Positions 17,973 to 28,133 of a stretch of 64,000 nt of DNA are shown here, piece after piece. This DNA comes from Blastocatellia bacterium (GTDB taxonomy: Bacteria; Acidobacteriota; Blastocatellia; UBA7656). The stretch spans positions 32,001-96,000 of the forward strand of contig CAVXWP010000009.1 of NCBI GenBank assembly GCA_963765495.1, in the 5' to 3' direction. The notes under the pieces are model-generated. The model made no database searches, was not told the origin of the DNA, and saw nothing but the letters and a program-made list of their open reading frames with translations. Every line of letters starts with the position of its first letter. The first letter of the stretch is position 1. The position numbers and the translations under genes are program-made.

Positions 17973-18032
17973 TTATATGAAGGGACATCAGAGATTCAAA
18001 GACTCGTAATCGCAAATCAATTGTTGAAATAG
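17973..18032 (+). pseudogene. Isolated 3' tail of an acyl-CoA dehydrogenase gene (possible island att remnant)
   Basis: Translates LYEGTSEIQRLVIANQLLK-stop, the conserved acyl-CoA dehydrogenase C-terminal motif; no upstream part. Confidence 0.75.
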
Positions 18033-18194
18033 GAGCCAATACCAAATCTTTTCAGATGATTAAGTTTGACATTCGAATTCGTAGAATCATAGAGATTTTC
18101 AAAACGCAGGTTAGAATAATTGAGATACGCCGCATCCGCGTTCGTCCCGGCCTATCCTCCTCTGTCTTTCATTCATACTCACTAACGGCGCTTA

Positions 18195-19043
18195 CTACTT
18201 ATCAAAATGTGATTGTATTTGTTCAAGCAATTGTTCAGCCATGTACTTAAAAGGATTTATCAATGGGTTTGAGGAATTCTCTCCACTCTCTTTGAGTTGT
18301 AGTTCCAGTTTATCCGAAATCGAAATTAGAGATTCGTACTCCTGCGTCGCCGCTTCTCTGTTTCCGCTCTTGATAAGGAGTTCCCCTATGCCGATATGGG
18401 CCGTAATATCGTACGGGTTCAAATGAACGGCCTGTCTGAAGGCTTCCAGTGCTTCGTCATATTCCTTCAAACCCATGGACGCAGTTCCCAATCCAACATA
18501 CGCCTCGCCAAAATCAACTTTGATTTGTAGCGCGTTCTTGAAGGCTTTTTTTGCGAGTTTCAGGTCTTTTTCCGTCTCCGGCAATATGACCTTGTCATCA
18601 AGCTTTTCGCGCAAATAATAGTACCCCATATAGAGATATGCATCAGCATAATTCGGTTTAAGCTGGATGGCTTTTTCAATGGCTTCCAATGCTTTATCCT
18701 GCTTCCCCAGGTTTACATACGCTTTCGAAATTCCAAAGTAAGCTTCGGCATAATCGGGCTTGAGCGAAATTGCCTGCAAGTATTCATTGGCGATTTCTTT
18801 TGGAGTATCAGATTTCTGTGGCCCATTTGAAAGGGCCTCGGCAAGATGAAAGTGCGCATCGGCTGAATCAGGGTGAGCTGCAACTTCCTGTCGCCCTTTG
18901 TCTACAGCGTCCAGAAGGATTTTTGTTTGCTCCTGGGCCTGTTTCATCCAGTCGCTCATGGTATCTTTCGGCCCGGCGCTTTGTTTCTCCTGTGCTTGAG
19001 CAAGCGTGGGAAGAAAAAACAGCGCGATCAAGATGTATTTCAT
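18195..19043 (-). CDS. Secreted tetratricopeptide-repeat protein
   Basis: Signal peptide; repeated AEAYFG...ALEAIEKAIQLKPNYADAY TPR units. Confidence 0.85.
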   Translation of the reverse strand: MKYILIALFFLPTLAQAQEKQSAGPKDTMSDWMKQAQEQTKILLDAVDKGRQEVAAHPDSADAHFHLAEALSNGPQKSDTPKEIANEYLQAISLKPDYAEAYFGISKAYVNLGKQDKALEAIEKAIQLKPNYADAYLYMGYYYLREKLDDKVILPETEKDLKLAKKAFKNALQIKVDFGEAYVGLGTASMGLKEYDEALEAFRQAVHLNPYDITAHIGIGELLIKSGNREAATQEYESLISISDKLELQLKESGENSSNPLINPFKYMAEQLLEQIQSHFDK

Positions 19044-19136
19044 TTCATCTCCTCTTCTCCGGCTATTTATTCGATTTTATGCAAAATTTCCTGTGCCAGG
19101 ATAACGCGCAAGCGTCTAAGACGGCTTCACTATAAA

Positions 19137-20195
19137 TCAACTCCCCGGCGGCTCATTTTTTAGGAGATTCAAGCCTTCGACGAGCGGCGGGAATTCAAGC
19201 AGGTTTTCCTTTTTTACTCCCCATGTCGTAAACAGATGGCCCAATAATCTTCGATCCGCGTGCGCTTCGCCAAATCTTATCAGCGCTTCTGTCGCCTCCG
19301 GACTTTTCCAGCCTGATGGAAGCACGCGGAACCCTTTTTCAAGAAAGAGAGGTATGGAAGGGTAAGTATCTCTAATTTCGTAATGCCAGGGACAAATAAT
19401 TATATCCTTCGGGATCAGGTCAATGGCTGCGGCGGTTCCATTCGTTGATGATTCCCATTCGCCAAAATCATATTTCTCGCCGTCAATCAACCGATCACCC
19501 CACATCAACATTTCCACGTGGCGTTTCTTTACAAGATGATCGTAAATATCGTTGACCGCTCGGGCAAAAAGCTCCGCCGGGTTTTTGCCTCTGGTCGTTG
19601 GAGAATGCTCCGAACCGAGCAAAAAGACTTCGTCCATCCCCACGTGTAGCGCATCGGCTTCAAAGGCGGCAATAATTTCATCGATCAATTCGAAGACGAT
19701 ACGGTTGACTTCCCGGTTCAAGGGGTCCCATTCCCGGCAATATATATCCTTGTTTTCGGGGAAGGCTCCCGGGGTCAAATCGAATTGAGGATAGACGGTC
19801 AGAAGCGGGAAGGTCTCCGATTTCCAGGACTGATGACCGAGGCATTGAAACTCGGGAATCAATCTGATCCCCGATCTGCGGCAGGTTTCGGCAAACTTGC
19901 GGGCTCCTTCCTTCGTGATAGGGTTGCTACCCTGGCGAAGCTCCGGGTGTGACTTGAAATCAAAATGGTAATCAACCTCAAAAACGATCACATTGACTCC
20001 CATATCGGCAAGTTCAGGTATATTTTTGCCCAGCGTTTCCAGATCACCGTCAGTTGTGTAATCGAGCAGGTGTAGGGCTCTCCATTTCGCTTCTCGTTTC
20101 AACCCGGCATAGGGCTTTGGTCGCGGCGCGCACGAGCAGACCGCCACCAGCAGGATAAAAGAAACGAGAAATTTACTAATTTTCATCTGAGACAC
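19137..20195 (-). CDS. Family 20-like glycoside hydrolase (lipoprotein)
   Basis: IPEFQCLGH and LHVGMDEV catalytic motif, MLMWGDRL; lipobox-like AVCSC. Confidence 0.8.
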   Translation of the reverse strand: MSQMKISKFLVSFILLVAVCSCAPRPKPYAGLKREAKWRALHLLDYTTDGDLETLGKNIPELADMGVNVIVFEVDYHFDFKSHPELRQGSNPITKEGARKFAETCRRSGIRLIPEFQCLGHQSWKSETFPLLTVYPQFDLTPGAFPENKDIYCREWDPLNREVNRIVFELIDEIIAAFEADALHVGMDEVFLLGSEHSPTTRGKNPAELFARAVNDIYDHLVKKRHVEMLMWGDRLIDGEKYDFGEWESSTNGTAAAIDLIPKDIIICPWHYEIRDTYPSIPLFLEKGFRVLPSGWKSPEATEALIRFGEAHADRRLLGHLFTTWGVKKENLLEFPPLVEGLNLLKNEPPGS

Positions 20196-20320
20196 CCTTG
20201 TCGGATTTAATATACCCGGTCAGGCCAGCGGTAAGAGACGACCGACCTTCGCGGATCAGATTCGTTACGGCTTCAAGATCACCCGCAAAATACTACTGAC
20301 AATGGATGACGAGCGATGGA

Positions 20321-20791
20321 TTAATTCTCCATATCGTCGAGCGCGTCAAGGACCTCACGGCTGTGAGTGGCGGGGCTGACTTTCTCAAACACGCGGGCGA
20401 TGCGTCCCTTTTCATCAATGATAAAGGTGATTCGCTTGATGCCCCAGTATTTACGCCCGTACATGCTTTTCTCCTGCCACACGCCGTAACTTTCAGCAAG
20501 TTTGTGATCGGTATCCACGAGCAGGGGGAAGTTCAGGCCAAATTTTTCGCTAAATTTCTGATGCGAGCGCTCGTCATCGGTAGAGACGCCGAGCACGACA
20601 CTGTTTCTTCGCTCGAATTCGGCCAGATCGGCCTGGAATCCGCACGCCTCTTTCGTGCAGCCAGAGGTATTATCTCGCGGGTAAAAATAGAGAACTACCC
20701 GCTTGCCTTTGAAATTAGACAGCTTTACCCGACGACCCTCGCCGTCCTTCACATTAAAAGATGGGGCCTTCTCTCCTGCCTTTGGCAACAT
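20321..20791 (-). CDS. bcp: Thioredoxin-dependent thiol peroxidase BCP/PrxQ
   Basis: [18 protein letters not shown] motif. Confidence 0.93.
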   Translation of the reverse strand: MLPKAGEKAPSFNVKDGEGRRVKLSNFKGKRVVLYFYPRDNTSGCTKEACGFQADLAEFERRNSVVLGVSTDDERSHQKFSEKFGLNFPLLVDTDHKLAESYGVWQEKSMYGRKYWGIKRITFIIDEKGRIARVFEKVSPATHSREVLDALDDMEN

Positions 20792-20937
20792 TGATGTTTT
20801 CTTCTCCTTCAATCTGTTTCGCGCGCTGTGCTAGAATGATGCTTGATTGGAACGATCACTATTATATTGTCGGCTCTCTAAAGAGTCAAAACCGACACGA
20901 GTCAATTGGAAACCTGATAGAAACTGGAGCTTGAGGA

Positions 20938-21531
20938 ATGCGTAAGGAATACATCAGCTATGTGGTAATCGGCATAGTGGCTGGAATAGTTCTGGGATTT
21001 CTGGTGGCGAACTGGACAGGCGCGGGCACGGGCGCGGCTCAACAGACGGTCGCTACAAACGGAGCCTCATCGGAATCCGTAAACAGCAGCAGCAGCCCCG
21101 AACTGCCGCCGGGGCATCCCCCACTCGACAGCGCGCCGACTCAAGCGCCGCCGCTGCCGCCTGGCACCGGGACCGAAGGAACGCCTTCGATGCCTGCCGC
21201 CGAAACAAGCGGATCGGTTGTATTGCCTTCGCTCGATCCGCTCCCCGCCGACAGCAAGGAGGAGCGGGCCGAGCAAAAGTATAAAAACATCCAGCTGCTC
21301 AAAGGGATACCCTCGGATCGGTTGATGAAAATCATGTTTGCCTTCAAAGGCTCGCTCGGCGTCGATTGCACTCACTGCCACATAAAGGATCAGTGGGAAA
21401 AAGACGACAAACCCGAAAAACAGATGGCCCGCAAGATGATCGCCCTCGTGCGCACCGACAACGAAAAGCTGGGCGCTGCCCGCATCTCGTGTTATACCTG
21501 CCATCGCGGACAGGTCAGGCCGCCGCAATAG
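20938..21531 (+). CDS. Membrane-anchored diheme c-type cytochrome (reaction-centre cytochrome c-like domain)
   Basis: N-terminal TM helix, Pro-rich linker, YKNIQLLKG...LGVDCTHCH...ARKMI...ISCYTCHRG. Confidence 0.8.
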   Translation: MRKEYISYVVIGIVAGIVLGFLVANWTGAGTGAAQQTVATNGASSESVNSSSSPELPPGHPPLDSAPTQAPPLPPGTGTEGTPSMPAAETSGSVVLPSLDPLPADSKEERAEQKYKNIQLLKGIPSDRLMKIMFAFKGSLGVDCTHCHIKDQWEKDDKPEKQMARKMIALVRTDNEKLGAARISCYTCHRGQVRPPQ

Positions 21532-21584
21532 TAAGTGCCGCAATAGCAAATAATTATGTGTAATGCGCGATTGAGGATCGAGCG

Positions 21585-22175
21585 ATGACCGAAAAGAGCG
21601 AAACAGAACAGACGGAAAGCAAAGCGCAACGGCTGGCGCTCGATACCGGAACCGGCAATATGCCCTTTGGCAGAGAAGAGGTGCTGGACGAACAACAGAT
21701 GGCTTCAAAGCGCGAGGCGCTTCGCTTCTTTCAGGAGGCCTACGAGGCGCAAATGCGCGGCGATCTGGACGAAGCGATTGACCTCTACACTCAGTCAATA
21801 GAGACTTACCCTACGGCCGAAGCCTACACCTTTCGCGGCTGGACCTATTCATTTATGGGGATGGTTGACCGGGCTATAGAAGAGTGTCACCGGGCCATCG
21901 AGGTTGACCCCGACTTTGGGAACCCGTATAACGACATCGGCGCGTACCTGATCGAAAAAGGAGAGACCTACGGCGCGGTCGAGTGGCTCGAACGAGCAAA
22001 GAAAGCCGCGCGCTATGAGGCGTATTTTTACCCGTGTTTCAATCTGGGCCGGGTCTATGAAGCGCAGGGCAGGCTCTGGGATGCGATCAGAGAGTACAAG
22101 GCGGCCATCGATTTGAACCCGGATTACAGGCTCGCGATCCGGGCGTTTAGAAAATTGCAGGGCAGACTCAATTAA
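21585..22175 (+). CDS. Tetratricopeptide-repeat protein
   Basis: TAEAYTFRGW...AIEVDPDFGNPYNDIGAYL TPR units. Confidence 0.85.
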   Translation: MTEKSETEQTESKAQRLALDTGTGNMPFGREEVLDEQQMASKREALRFFQEAYEAQMRGDLDEAIDLYTQSIETYPTAEAYTFRGWTYSFMGMVDRAIEECHRAIEVDPDFGNPYNDIGAYLIEKGETYGAVEWLERAKKAARYEAYFYPCFNLGRVYEAQGRLWDAIREYKAAIDLNPDYRLAIRAFRKLQGRLN

Positions 22176-22189
22176 GGAGAGAGGGATTG

Positions 22190-22816
22190 ATGGACGGACT
22201 CAACCCGAGGGGAGGTTGGATAGAGGTAATCACAGGCGGCATGTTCAGCGGCAAGAGCGAAGAATTGATTCGCCGCATACGACGCGCCGAGATAGCACGC
22301 CAGCGCACGCAGATTTTCAAACCCGCGATCGACAACCGCTTCGACGGTAAGCGAATCATCTCGCGGGACAATCGCGGGCTCGACGCCCTGGCCGTCGGCA
22401 ACGCATCCGAGCTTCGCGCCAACATCTCGTTCGGCGTAAAGGTAATCGGCATAGACGAGGTGCAATTTTTTGACGACCCCATACTGGATGTCTGCATGGA
22501 GATGGCCGATGCGGGCGTGCGCGTGATTGCGGCCGGGCTTGATCAGGACTACCTGCGCCGACCCTTTGGCCCAATGCCGGCGCTTCTTGCGGTGGCGGAA
22601 TACGTCTCAAAGATGCACGCCGTCTGCGTACGCTGTGGAGGGCTTGCGCATTACACGCAACGGGTTTCGGGCGGCGATTCACAGATCGAGATAGGCGATG
22701 TTTCTTATGAAGCGCGATGTCGGCTCTGTTACGAGCCTTATCGCGCGGAGTCCCATCCAGAACATAACGGAAGACCTGCGGGCGCAATTGTGGGCGCACT
22801 CACGAACTCGGAATAA
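22190..22816 (+). CDS. tdk: Thymidine kinase
   Basis: GGMFSGKSEELIRR, IGIDEVQFF, AGLDQD, CVRC...YEARCRLC. Confidence 0.95.
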   Translation: MDGLNPRGGWIEVITGGMFSGKSEELIRRIRRAEIARQRTQIFKPAIDNRFDGKRIISRDNRGLDALAVGNASELRANISFGVKVIGIDEVQFFDDPILDVCMEMADAGVRVIAAGLDQDYLRRPFGPMPALLAVAEYVSKMHAVCVRCGGLAHYTQRVSGGDSQIEIGDVSYEARCRLCYEPYRAESHPEHNGRPAGAIVGALTNSE

Positions 22817-22873
22817 GTTCCCGGCGCTTCGAAGGAATAAGTCTCACCAAACGATTGGATCAATAAAAAGACT

Positions 22874-23866
22874 ATGCACGTATTTGAGTTGACCAGGCAT
22901 TTGATTGCCATTCCATCCATCAGCGGCGACGAAGAGGATGTCGTCGAGTTTCTGGCCGAGTATCTGATTCGCGCCGGGTTTGAAGTGGAGCTCCAGCCCG
23001 TAGCCGACAACCGGTCAAATGTTTACGCACGCCTCGGCGACCCCGTTGTCGTGATGTCAACGCACAGCGACACCGTGCCGCCTTACATCGAATTCAGAGA
23101 AGACGAGGAGTATATTTACGGTCGCGGTGCCTGCGACGCCAAGGGCATAATCGCGGCGATGATAAAGGCGGCCGAGAAGTTAAAAGAGAGGGGCACCGTG
23201 GATTTCGGATTGCTGTTTGTGGTGGGCGAAGAGGCAAGCAGCCCCGGAGCACTTGAGGCCAATGCCATAGCGAACCGCTCGCGCTTCTTGATAAACGGCG
23301 AGCCGACCCGCTCTCGTATCGCGCTGGGGTCGAAAGGCGCGCTTCGCGCCCTGATCAAGGTCACGGGACGCGCAGCCCATTCCGCCTACCCCGAGATGGG
23401 AGTGTCGGCTGTGGACAAACTGCTCGAAATTCTCGCTGACCTCAAGCGCGAGCCTATGCCCACGGACGAGACGCTTGGCCCCACTACGATGAATATAGGC
23501 GTCATCAAAGGCGGAGTCGCGGCCAACGTCATACCTCCTATGGCGGAGGCCGAATTAATGTTTCGCGTCGTAAGCAGCACAGATGCGCTCAAGCGCATCA
23601 TAGAGCGCGTAATCAAGGATCGAGCCGAAGTGGAATACACATTTGCCTGCGACCCCGTCTTTACGGAGCGAGTCGCAGGGTTCGACACAGACGTGGTGTC
23701 GTTCACAACCGATATACCGCTTTTGAACCGATGGGGCAGACCCGTACTGTTTGGCCCCGGCTCCATACTTGACGCGCACACGGCGCATGAGAAAATCTCT
23801 AAGCGAGAACTCTCCGCGGCCGTAGACGCTTACGCAGAGATGGTAACAAGACTACAGAAGGGATGA
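22874..23866 (+). CDS. M20/ArgE/DapE-family metallo-deacylase
   Basis: THSDTVPP, GRGACDAKG, VGEE, GEPT, AAHSAYPE, AHTAHE; upstream of the lysine genes. Confidence 0.88.
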   Translation: MHVFELTRHLIAIPSISGDEEDVVEFLAEYLIRAGFEVELQPVADNRSNVYARLGDPVVVMSTHSDTVPPYIEFREDEEYIYGRGACDAKGIIAAMIKAAEKLKERGTVDFGLLFVVGEEASSPGALEANAIANRSRFLINGEPTRSRIALGSKGALRALIKVTGRAAHSAYPEMGVSAVDKLLEILADLKREPMPTDETLGPTTMNIGVIKGGVAANVIPPMAEAELMFRVVSSTDALKRIIERVIKDRAEVEYTFACDPVFTERVAGFDTDVVSFTTDIPLLNRWGRPVLFGPGSILDAHTAHEKISKRELSAAVDAYAEMVTRLQKG

Positions 23867-23979
23867 GGGATGAGGGATGAGGGATGAAAAGGACTCTGGG
23901 GAAACATTTCGATTAATGCGGTTGACCTTATAATCGAGAGCTACCCTGACGGTCCTTTTCATCCCTCATCCCTCATCCC
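23860..23979. repeat. Palindromic element with (GGGATGA)n / (TCATCCC)n arms
   Basis: 4 + 3 heptamers around a ~70-bp core that recurs inverted at 50780-50906. Confidence 0.9.
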
Positions 23980-23999
23980 TCCAAAGGGGTGTGCATCTG

Positions 24000-25052
24000 A
24001 TGGCAAACAAGATACCCGTCGGGGTGTTAGGCGCGACCGGGGCGGTCGGGCAAAAATTTATCATGCTGCTTGAGAACCATCCCTGGTTCGAGCTTACCGA
24101 GATAGCCGCTTCGGACCGCTCGGTGGGCAAGAAATACAAAGACGCAACCACGTGGCGGCAGTACACGCCTATCCCCGAAAAGATCAAAGAAAAACAGGTC
24201 AAAGCGTGCGAGCCGGGTCTTGATTGTAGGCTGGTATTTTCCGGCCTCGACTCATCGGTTGCCGGCGAGGTCGAAGAGGATTTTGCCCGCGCGGGTTATC
24301 TCGTTCTCAGCAACTCGAAGAATCATCGCATGGATGAAGACGTGCCTCTGCTTGTGCCGGAGATCAATCCCGACCATCTGGGCCTGATAGAGGCGCAGCG
24401 CCGGGCGCGCAACTGGACCGGCGCTATCGTGACAAATCCCAACTGCTCTACGATTGGGCTTGTGATGGCGCTCGCCCCGATTCACTATACATTCGGCGTG
24501 CGTCGTCTGATAGTCGCAACCATGCAGGCGATATCGGGCGCGGGTTATCCCGGAATTTCAGCGATAGACATGCTTGGCAACGTGATCCCCTTCATCGGCG
24601 GCGAAGAAGATAAGGTCGAAACCGAACCGCGCAAAATAATGGGCTCGCTCGACGCTGATCGGATTCGCTTCGCCGATTTTGCCATCAGCGCGCATACGAA
24701 TCGCGTCTTTGTCGAAGACGGTCATATGGAATGCGTGTCGGTCGAGTTGGAAAAGAAAGCCTCTCCCGAAGAAGTGGCACAGGCGCTCGCCGGTTTCAGC
24801 GCGCTTCCGCAAGAGTTGAAACTGCCGACCGCACCCACCCGCCCCGTGATAGTGACGGATGAGCGCGACCGTCCGCAGCCCCGATTCGACCGCGACGCGG
24901 GGCACGGCATGAGCGCAGTCGTCGGGCGCGTGCGTACGTGCCCGGTCTTCGATATTCGTTTCGTAGTCCTTTCCCACAACACGATAAGGGGTGCAGCCGG
25001 GGCCGCCATCCTTAACGCCGAATTGATGAAGGCCAAAGGCTATCTGCAATAG
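24000..25052 (+). CDS. asd: Aspartate-semialdehyde dehydrogenase
   Basis: GVLGATGAVGQ, TNPNCST, QAISGAGYPG, HNTIRGAAG. Confidence 0.95.
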   Translation: MANKIPVGVLGATGAVGQKFIMLLENHPWFELTEIAASDRSVGKKYKDATTWRQYTPIPEKIKEKQVKACEPGLDCRLVFSGLDSSVAGEVEEDFARAGYLVLSNSKNHRMDEDVPLLVPEINPDHLGLIEAQRRARNWTGAIVTNPNCSTIGLVMALAPIHYTFGVRRLIVATMQAISGAGYPGISAIDMLGNVIPFIGGEEDKVETEPRKIMGSLDADRIRFADFAISAHTNRVFVEDGHMECVSVELEKKASPEEVAQALAGFSALPQELKLPTAPTRPVIVTDERDRPQPRFDRDAGHGMSAVVGRVRTCPVFDIRFVVLSHNTIRGAAGAAILNAELMKAKGYLQ

Positions 25053-25082
25053 GCTCAATCTGACAGAGAATCTGAAAAGCTT

Positions 25083-26486
25083 ATGATAGTGATGAAATTT
25101 GGCGGCACCTCGGTTGAGGATGCCGCCTCGGTCGAGCGCGTGGCCCAGATAATCCGGGAGCGGCTTTCGCTCAGACCCGTCGTAGTGGTCTCGGCGATGG
25201 GAAAGACTACGCGCAAACTGCTTCAGGCGGCCGAGCACTCGGCGGCGGGCGACAGCCGCACAACCCTCGGGATAGTAGCCGACCTAAAGGCCCGCCACAC
25301 AAGCGAAGCGCGCCGACTGATCGGCACATCGAGCGCTCGTGAAACCTTCGATCTGATTGACCGGTACTTTGACGAGTTAAAGAAGCTTCTCGAAGGATTG
25401 GCGATCCTCGGAGAAGTGCCGCCGCGCGGTCTTGATAAGATTCTCTCTTACGGAGAGTTGCTCTCTTCGGCGATAGTCGCGGGCGCGATAAATGAAAGAG
25501 GCATCCTCGCACGTCTTCTCGACTCGCGCGAGTTTATCAAGACCGATGATCGCTTTGGCGAAGCCTCTCCGCTTTTCGAAATCACAAACCAGCTGATTAA
25601 AGAGACGATAGCTCCGGCAATCGAACGCGGCGAGGTTCCTGTAATTCAGGGGTTTATCGGCTCTACCCGAGCGGGCGCAACCACTACGCTTGGCTTCGAA
25701 GGTTCAGATTACACGGCGGCCATCGTAGGCGCGGCGATGGAGGCCGCAGACATTCAGATATGGAAAGACGTATCGGGGTTGATGACCGCCGACCCCGCCG
25801 TCTTTGCGGGCGCTCGCACGGTGAAAACCTGTACGTTTGCCGAGGCGGGAGAGCTGACTTATTTCGGGGCGAAGGTGCTCCACCCCAAAGCGATCTACCC
25901 GGCAGCGCGCAAAAATATCTCCGTCCATATTTACAATTCGAAACGGCCCACGGCTACAGGCACGTCCATAAACGCATCGGCCCCGGCGTGCGCGAACCTG
26001 ATAAAATCGATAGCCTACAAACGCCCCGTGAGCGTAATCAACGTCGCCTATGAGACAAGCCCCGAGCAGATGCTTGCCGTTTCCTCCGACGATTTTCTGA
26101 GAACACTTTTTGATGTGCTCAGCAGGCGACGCATACGCCCGCTACTGACGGCTGTTTCGGCTTCGCGGGCGGCGCTTGCGGTGGACTCAATCGCGATTGC
26201 CGATGGAGACGAACGCAGCCTGATCGAAGAATTATCGAGATTTGCCCGCGTCAGCGTAGAGTCAAACAGGGCTATCGTGTCTTTAGTAGGTCAGGAACTG
26301 GGCAGCGACCCGAAGCTTACGGCCCGCGTCTTTAAGGCGATTGAAGAGACGAGGCTTGGAGTGATAATGCACGGCTCTTCGCCAATCAGCATGAGTTTCA
26401 TCGTTGCCGATCACGATGTAGAAACCGTGATAGCCAGATTGCACGAGATATTTTTCGACAAGCTCGACCCACAGGTGTTTGAGTGA
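25083..26486 (+). CDS. lysC: Aspartate kinase
   Basis: VMKFGGTSV, VVSAMG, GSDYTAA, IWKDVSG, YFGAKVLHP; C-terminal ACT domains. Confidence 0.95.
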   Translation: MIVMKFGGTSVEDAASVERVAQIIRERLSLRPVVVVSAMGKTTRKLLQAAEHSAAGDSRTTLGIVADLKARHTSEARRLIGTSSARETFDLIDRYFDELKKLLEGLAILGEVPPRGLDKILSYGELLSSAIVAGAINERGILARLLDSREFIKTDDRFGEASPLFEITNQLIKETIAPAIERGEVPVIQGFIGSTRAGATTTLGFEGSDYTAAIVGAAMEAADIQIWKDVSGLMTADPAVFAGARTVKTCTFAEAGELTYFGAKVLHPKAIYPAARKNISVHIYNSKRPTATGTSINASAPACANLIKSIAYKRPVSVINVAYETSPEQMLAVSSDDFLRTLFDVLSRRRIRPLLTAVSASRAALAVDSIAIADGDERSLIEELSRFARVSVESNRAIVSLVGQELGSDPKLTARVFKAIEETRLGVIMHGSSPISMSFIVADHDVETVIARLHEIFFDKLDPQVFE

Positions 26487-26650
26487 TCTAAATTCAAAAA
26501 GAGAGATTGTTCGCCACAGAGACATAGAAATTTTTGTTCTCTTTTCTCTGTCTCTGTGTCTTTGTGGCAACTGCTAAACTCTTTACAGAAGTTTGGCTCT
26601 TCGCGGGTAGTTCGCGTATCATTAATAGCTCCAGCGTTACTATTGATAAG

Positions 26651-27247
26651 ATGGAAGATCAGAATTTCATGGCAATAATATCGAAATCATTTCTTCGAGC
26701 AGGCGCAATCTTCGCTCTTGGGATCGCACTCGTTTCCGTTCATATGGCCGAGCCAAATTCGGCGGCGGCCAGAAACTCATCCAGAAACTCATCCAGAAAC
26801 TCATCCAGAAACTCATCCAGAAACTCATGGCGAGGCATTACGCCTCTCAGATCGTCGTCAGCCGATGTGGCCAGAGTCCTTGAACTGGACTCCGACCCGT
26901 CAGATGGGATGTTGACCGGCCCTTTTGAAGTGGAAGGCGGCGAGGTGACTTTCTCTTATCTGACTCCGACTCTTGCGAAGGAGTATCGCGCCCCGCGCTC
27001 GATGATAGGCAAGGTCTTTACAATCTACTTCAAACCCGGCGGCACGATTTCGCGTGACGAACTCAAGCTCACACGCGATTTCAAACGATGCGTCGAGAAA
27101 TGGACCAGAAGCTCTTACTATCTGGTCTGCGCGTCTGGAATCGCTTATCAACTGCGCCGCGCTGATGACAGCGTCGAATCGATAATTTACCAGCCGTCGA
27201 GCGGCGAAGTCCGGCGGCTCGCGGTCAACACTGAATGCGTGTTTTAA
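26651..27247 (+). CDS. Hypothetical exported protein with an (RNSS)n tract
   Basis: Hydrophobic signal-like segment then SWRGITPLRSS..DV motif; start uncertain. Confidence 0.65.
   Translation: MEDQNFMAIISKSFLRAGAIFALGIALVSVHMAEPNSAAARNSSRNSSRNSSRNSSRNSWRGITPLRSSSADVARVLELDSDPSDGMLTGPFEVEGGEVTFSYLTPTLAKEYRAPRSMIGKVFTIYFKPGGTISRDELKLTRDFKRCVEKWTRSSYYLVCASGIAYQLRRADDSVESIIYQPSSGEVRRLAVNTECVF
26769..26828 (+). repeat. 12-bp tandem repeat CCAGAAACTCAT x5 (in frame)
   Basis: Five perfect units. Confidence 0.95.
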
Positions 27248-27318
27248 CAGGGGCCAGGGGTCGGGGGCCGGTGAAAGCCTTCTCGCCCTGATCCCTGACC
27301 CTGATCCCTGACCCCTGA
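27248..27318. repeat. Heptamer-type palindrome (CAGGGGY/GGGGGCC vs CCCTGAY units)
   Basis: Fills the whole space before dapB; related arm at 30050-30080. Confidence 0.7.
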
Positions 27319-27320
27319 TT

Positions 27321-28007
27321 ATGAAAATAGCACTGCTTGGATACGGCAAGATGGGGCGGATGGTTGAAGAGGCCGCTCAGAGGAACGGCATCGAGGTCGC
27401 CTGTGTCATTGACCCCGTTGCCGGTTCGCGCGGTCAAATCACCGATGCCCGGGTATGCGTAGATTTTTCGGAACCTGGCGCAGTGATTGAAAATATCAGG
27501 CTCGTAGCAGGTGCGGGCCGTTCGATGGTCGTGGGCACTACGGGCTGGTACGACCGGATGGATGAAGCCCGCCGGATTGTGGAAGAGGTTGAAATCGGAT
27601 TTGTCTACGGCTCGAATTTCAGCATCGGCGTCAATCTGATGTTTCAGATCGTGCGGCGCGCTTCCCAGCTATTCAGCCGGTTTTCGATTTACGATCCATT
27701 CATCGAAGAGGCCCATCACAAATTCAAGAAAGATGCGCCGTCGGGCACGGCCATCTTTCTGAAGCGAATAGTCGAAGCCGAATACGGCTGCGAAACGCCT
27801 ACTGCCAGCACACGCGCCGGTTACATTCCGGGCACACACACGGTCGGGTTCGATTCCGAAGCCGATACTCTTGAAATCACTCACACGGCGCGCAACCGCG
27901 CGGGGTTTGCGGAAGGCGCAATACTTGCCGCCCGCTGGATAGCGGATCGCAAAGGCTTTTATGAATTCTCAGAAGTGATAAGCGAACAGTTGAAAAGCGA
28001 TACGTGA
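27321..28007 (+). CDS. dapB: 4-hydroxy-tetrahydrodipicolinate reductase
   Basis: GYGKMG, VGTTGW, SNFSIGVN, EAHHKFKKDAPSGTA, GFAEGA. Confidence 0.95.
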   Translation: MKIALLGYGKMGRMVEEAAQRNGIEVACVIDPVAGSRGQITDARVCVDFSEPGAVIENIRLVAGAGRSMVVGTTGWYDRMDEARRIVEEVEIGFVYGSNFSIGVNLMFQIVRRASQLFSRFSIYDPFIEEAHHKFKKDAPSGTAIFLKRIVEAEYGCETPTASTRAGYIPGTHTVGFDSEADTLEITHTARNRAGFAEGAILAARWIADRKGFYEFSEVISEQLKSDT

Positions 28008-28104
28008 TTCGTGATTCGTGACTTTGAGACGAAAGGCTTTTCCCAGTCACGTGCAGATCTCACCAATCACGCATCACGCATCACGTATCACTTTTCACGT
28101 ATCA
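28003..28104. repeat. Heptamer palindrome (CGTGATN)n / (TCACGCA)n
   Basis: Same family at 45313-45407 and 48240-48328. Confidence 0.8.
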
Positions 28105-28133
28105 GTGATCGCATCATCGAAAGGAAAAAGACG

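Noticed and set aside
16040-18200. Expected position of intI/attI
   Set aside because: No tyrosine-recombinase motifs in any listed ORF.
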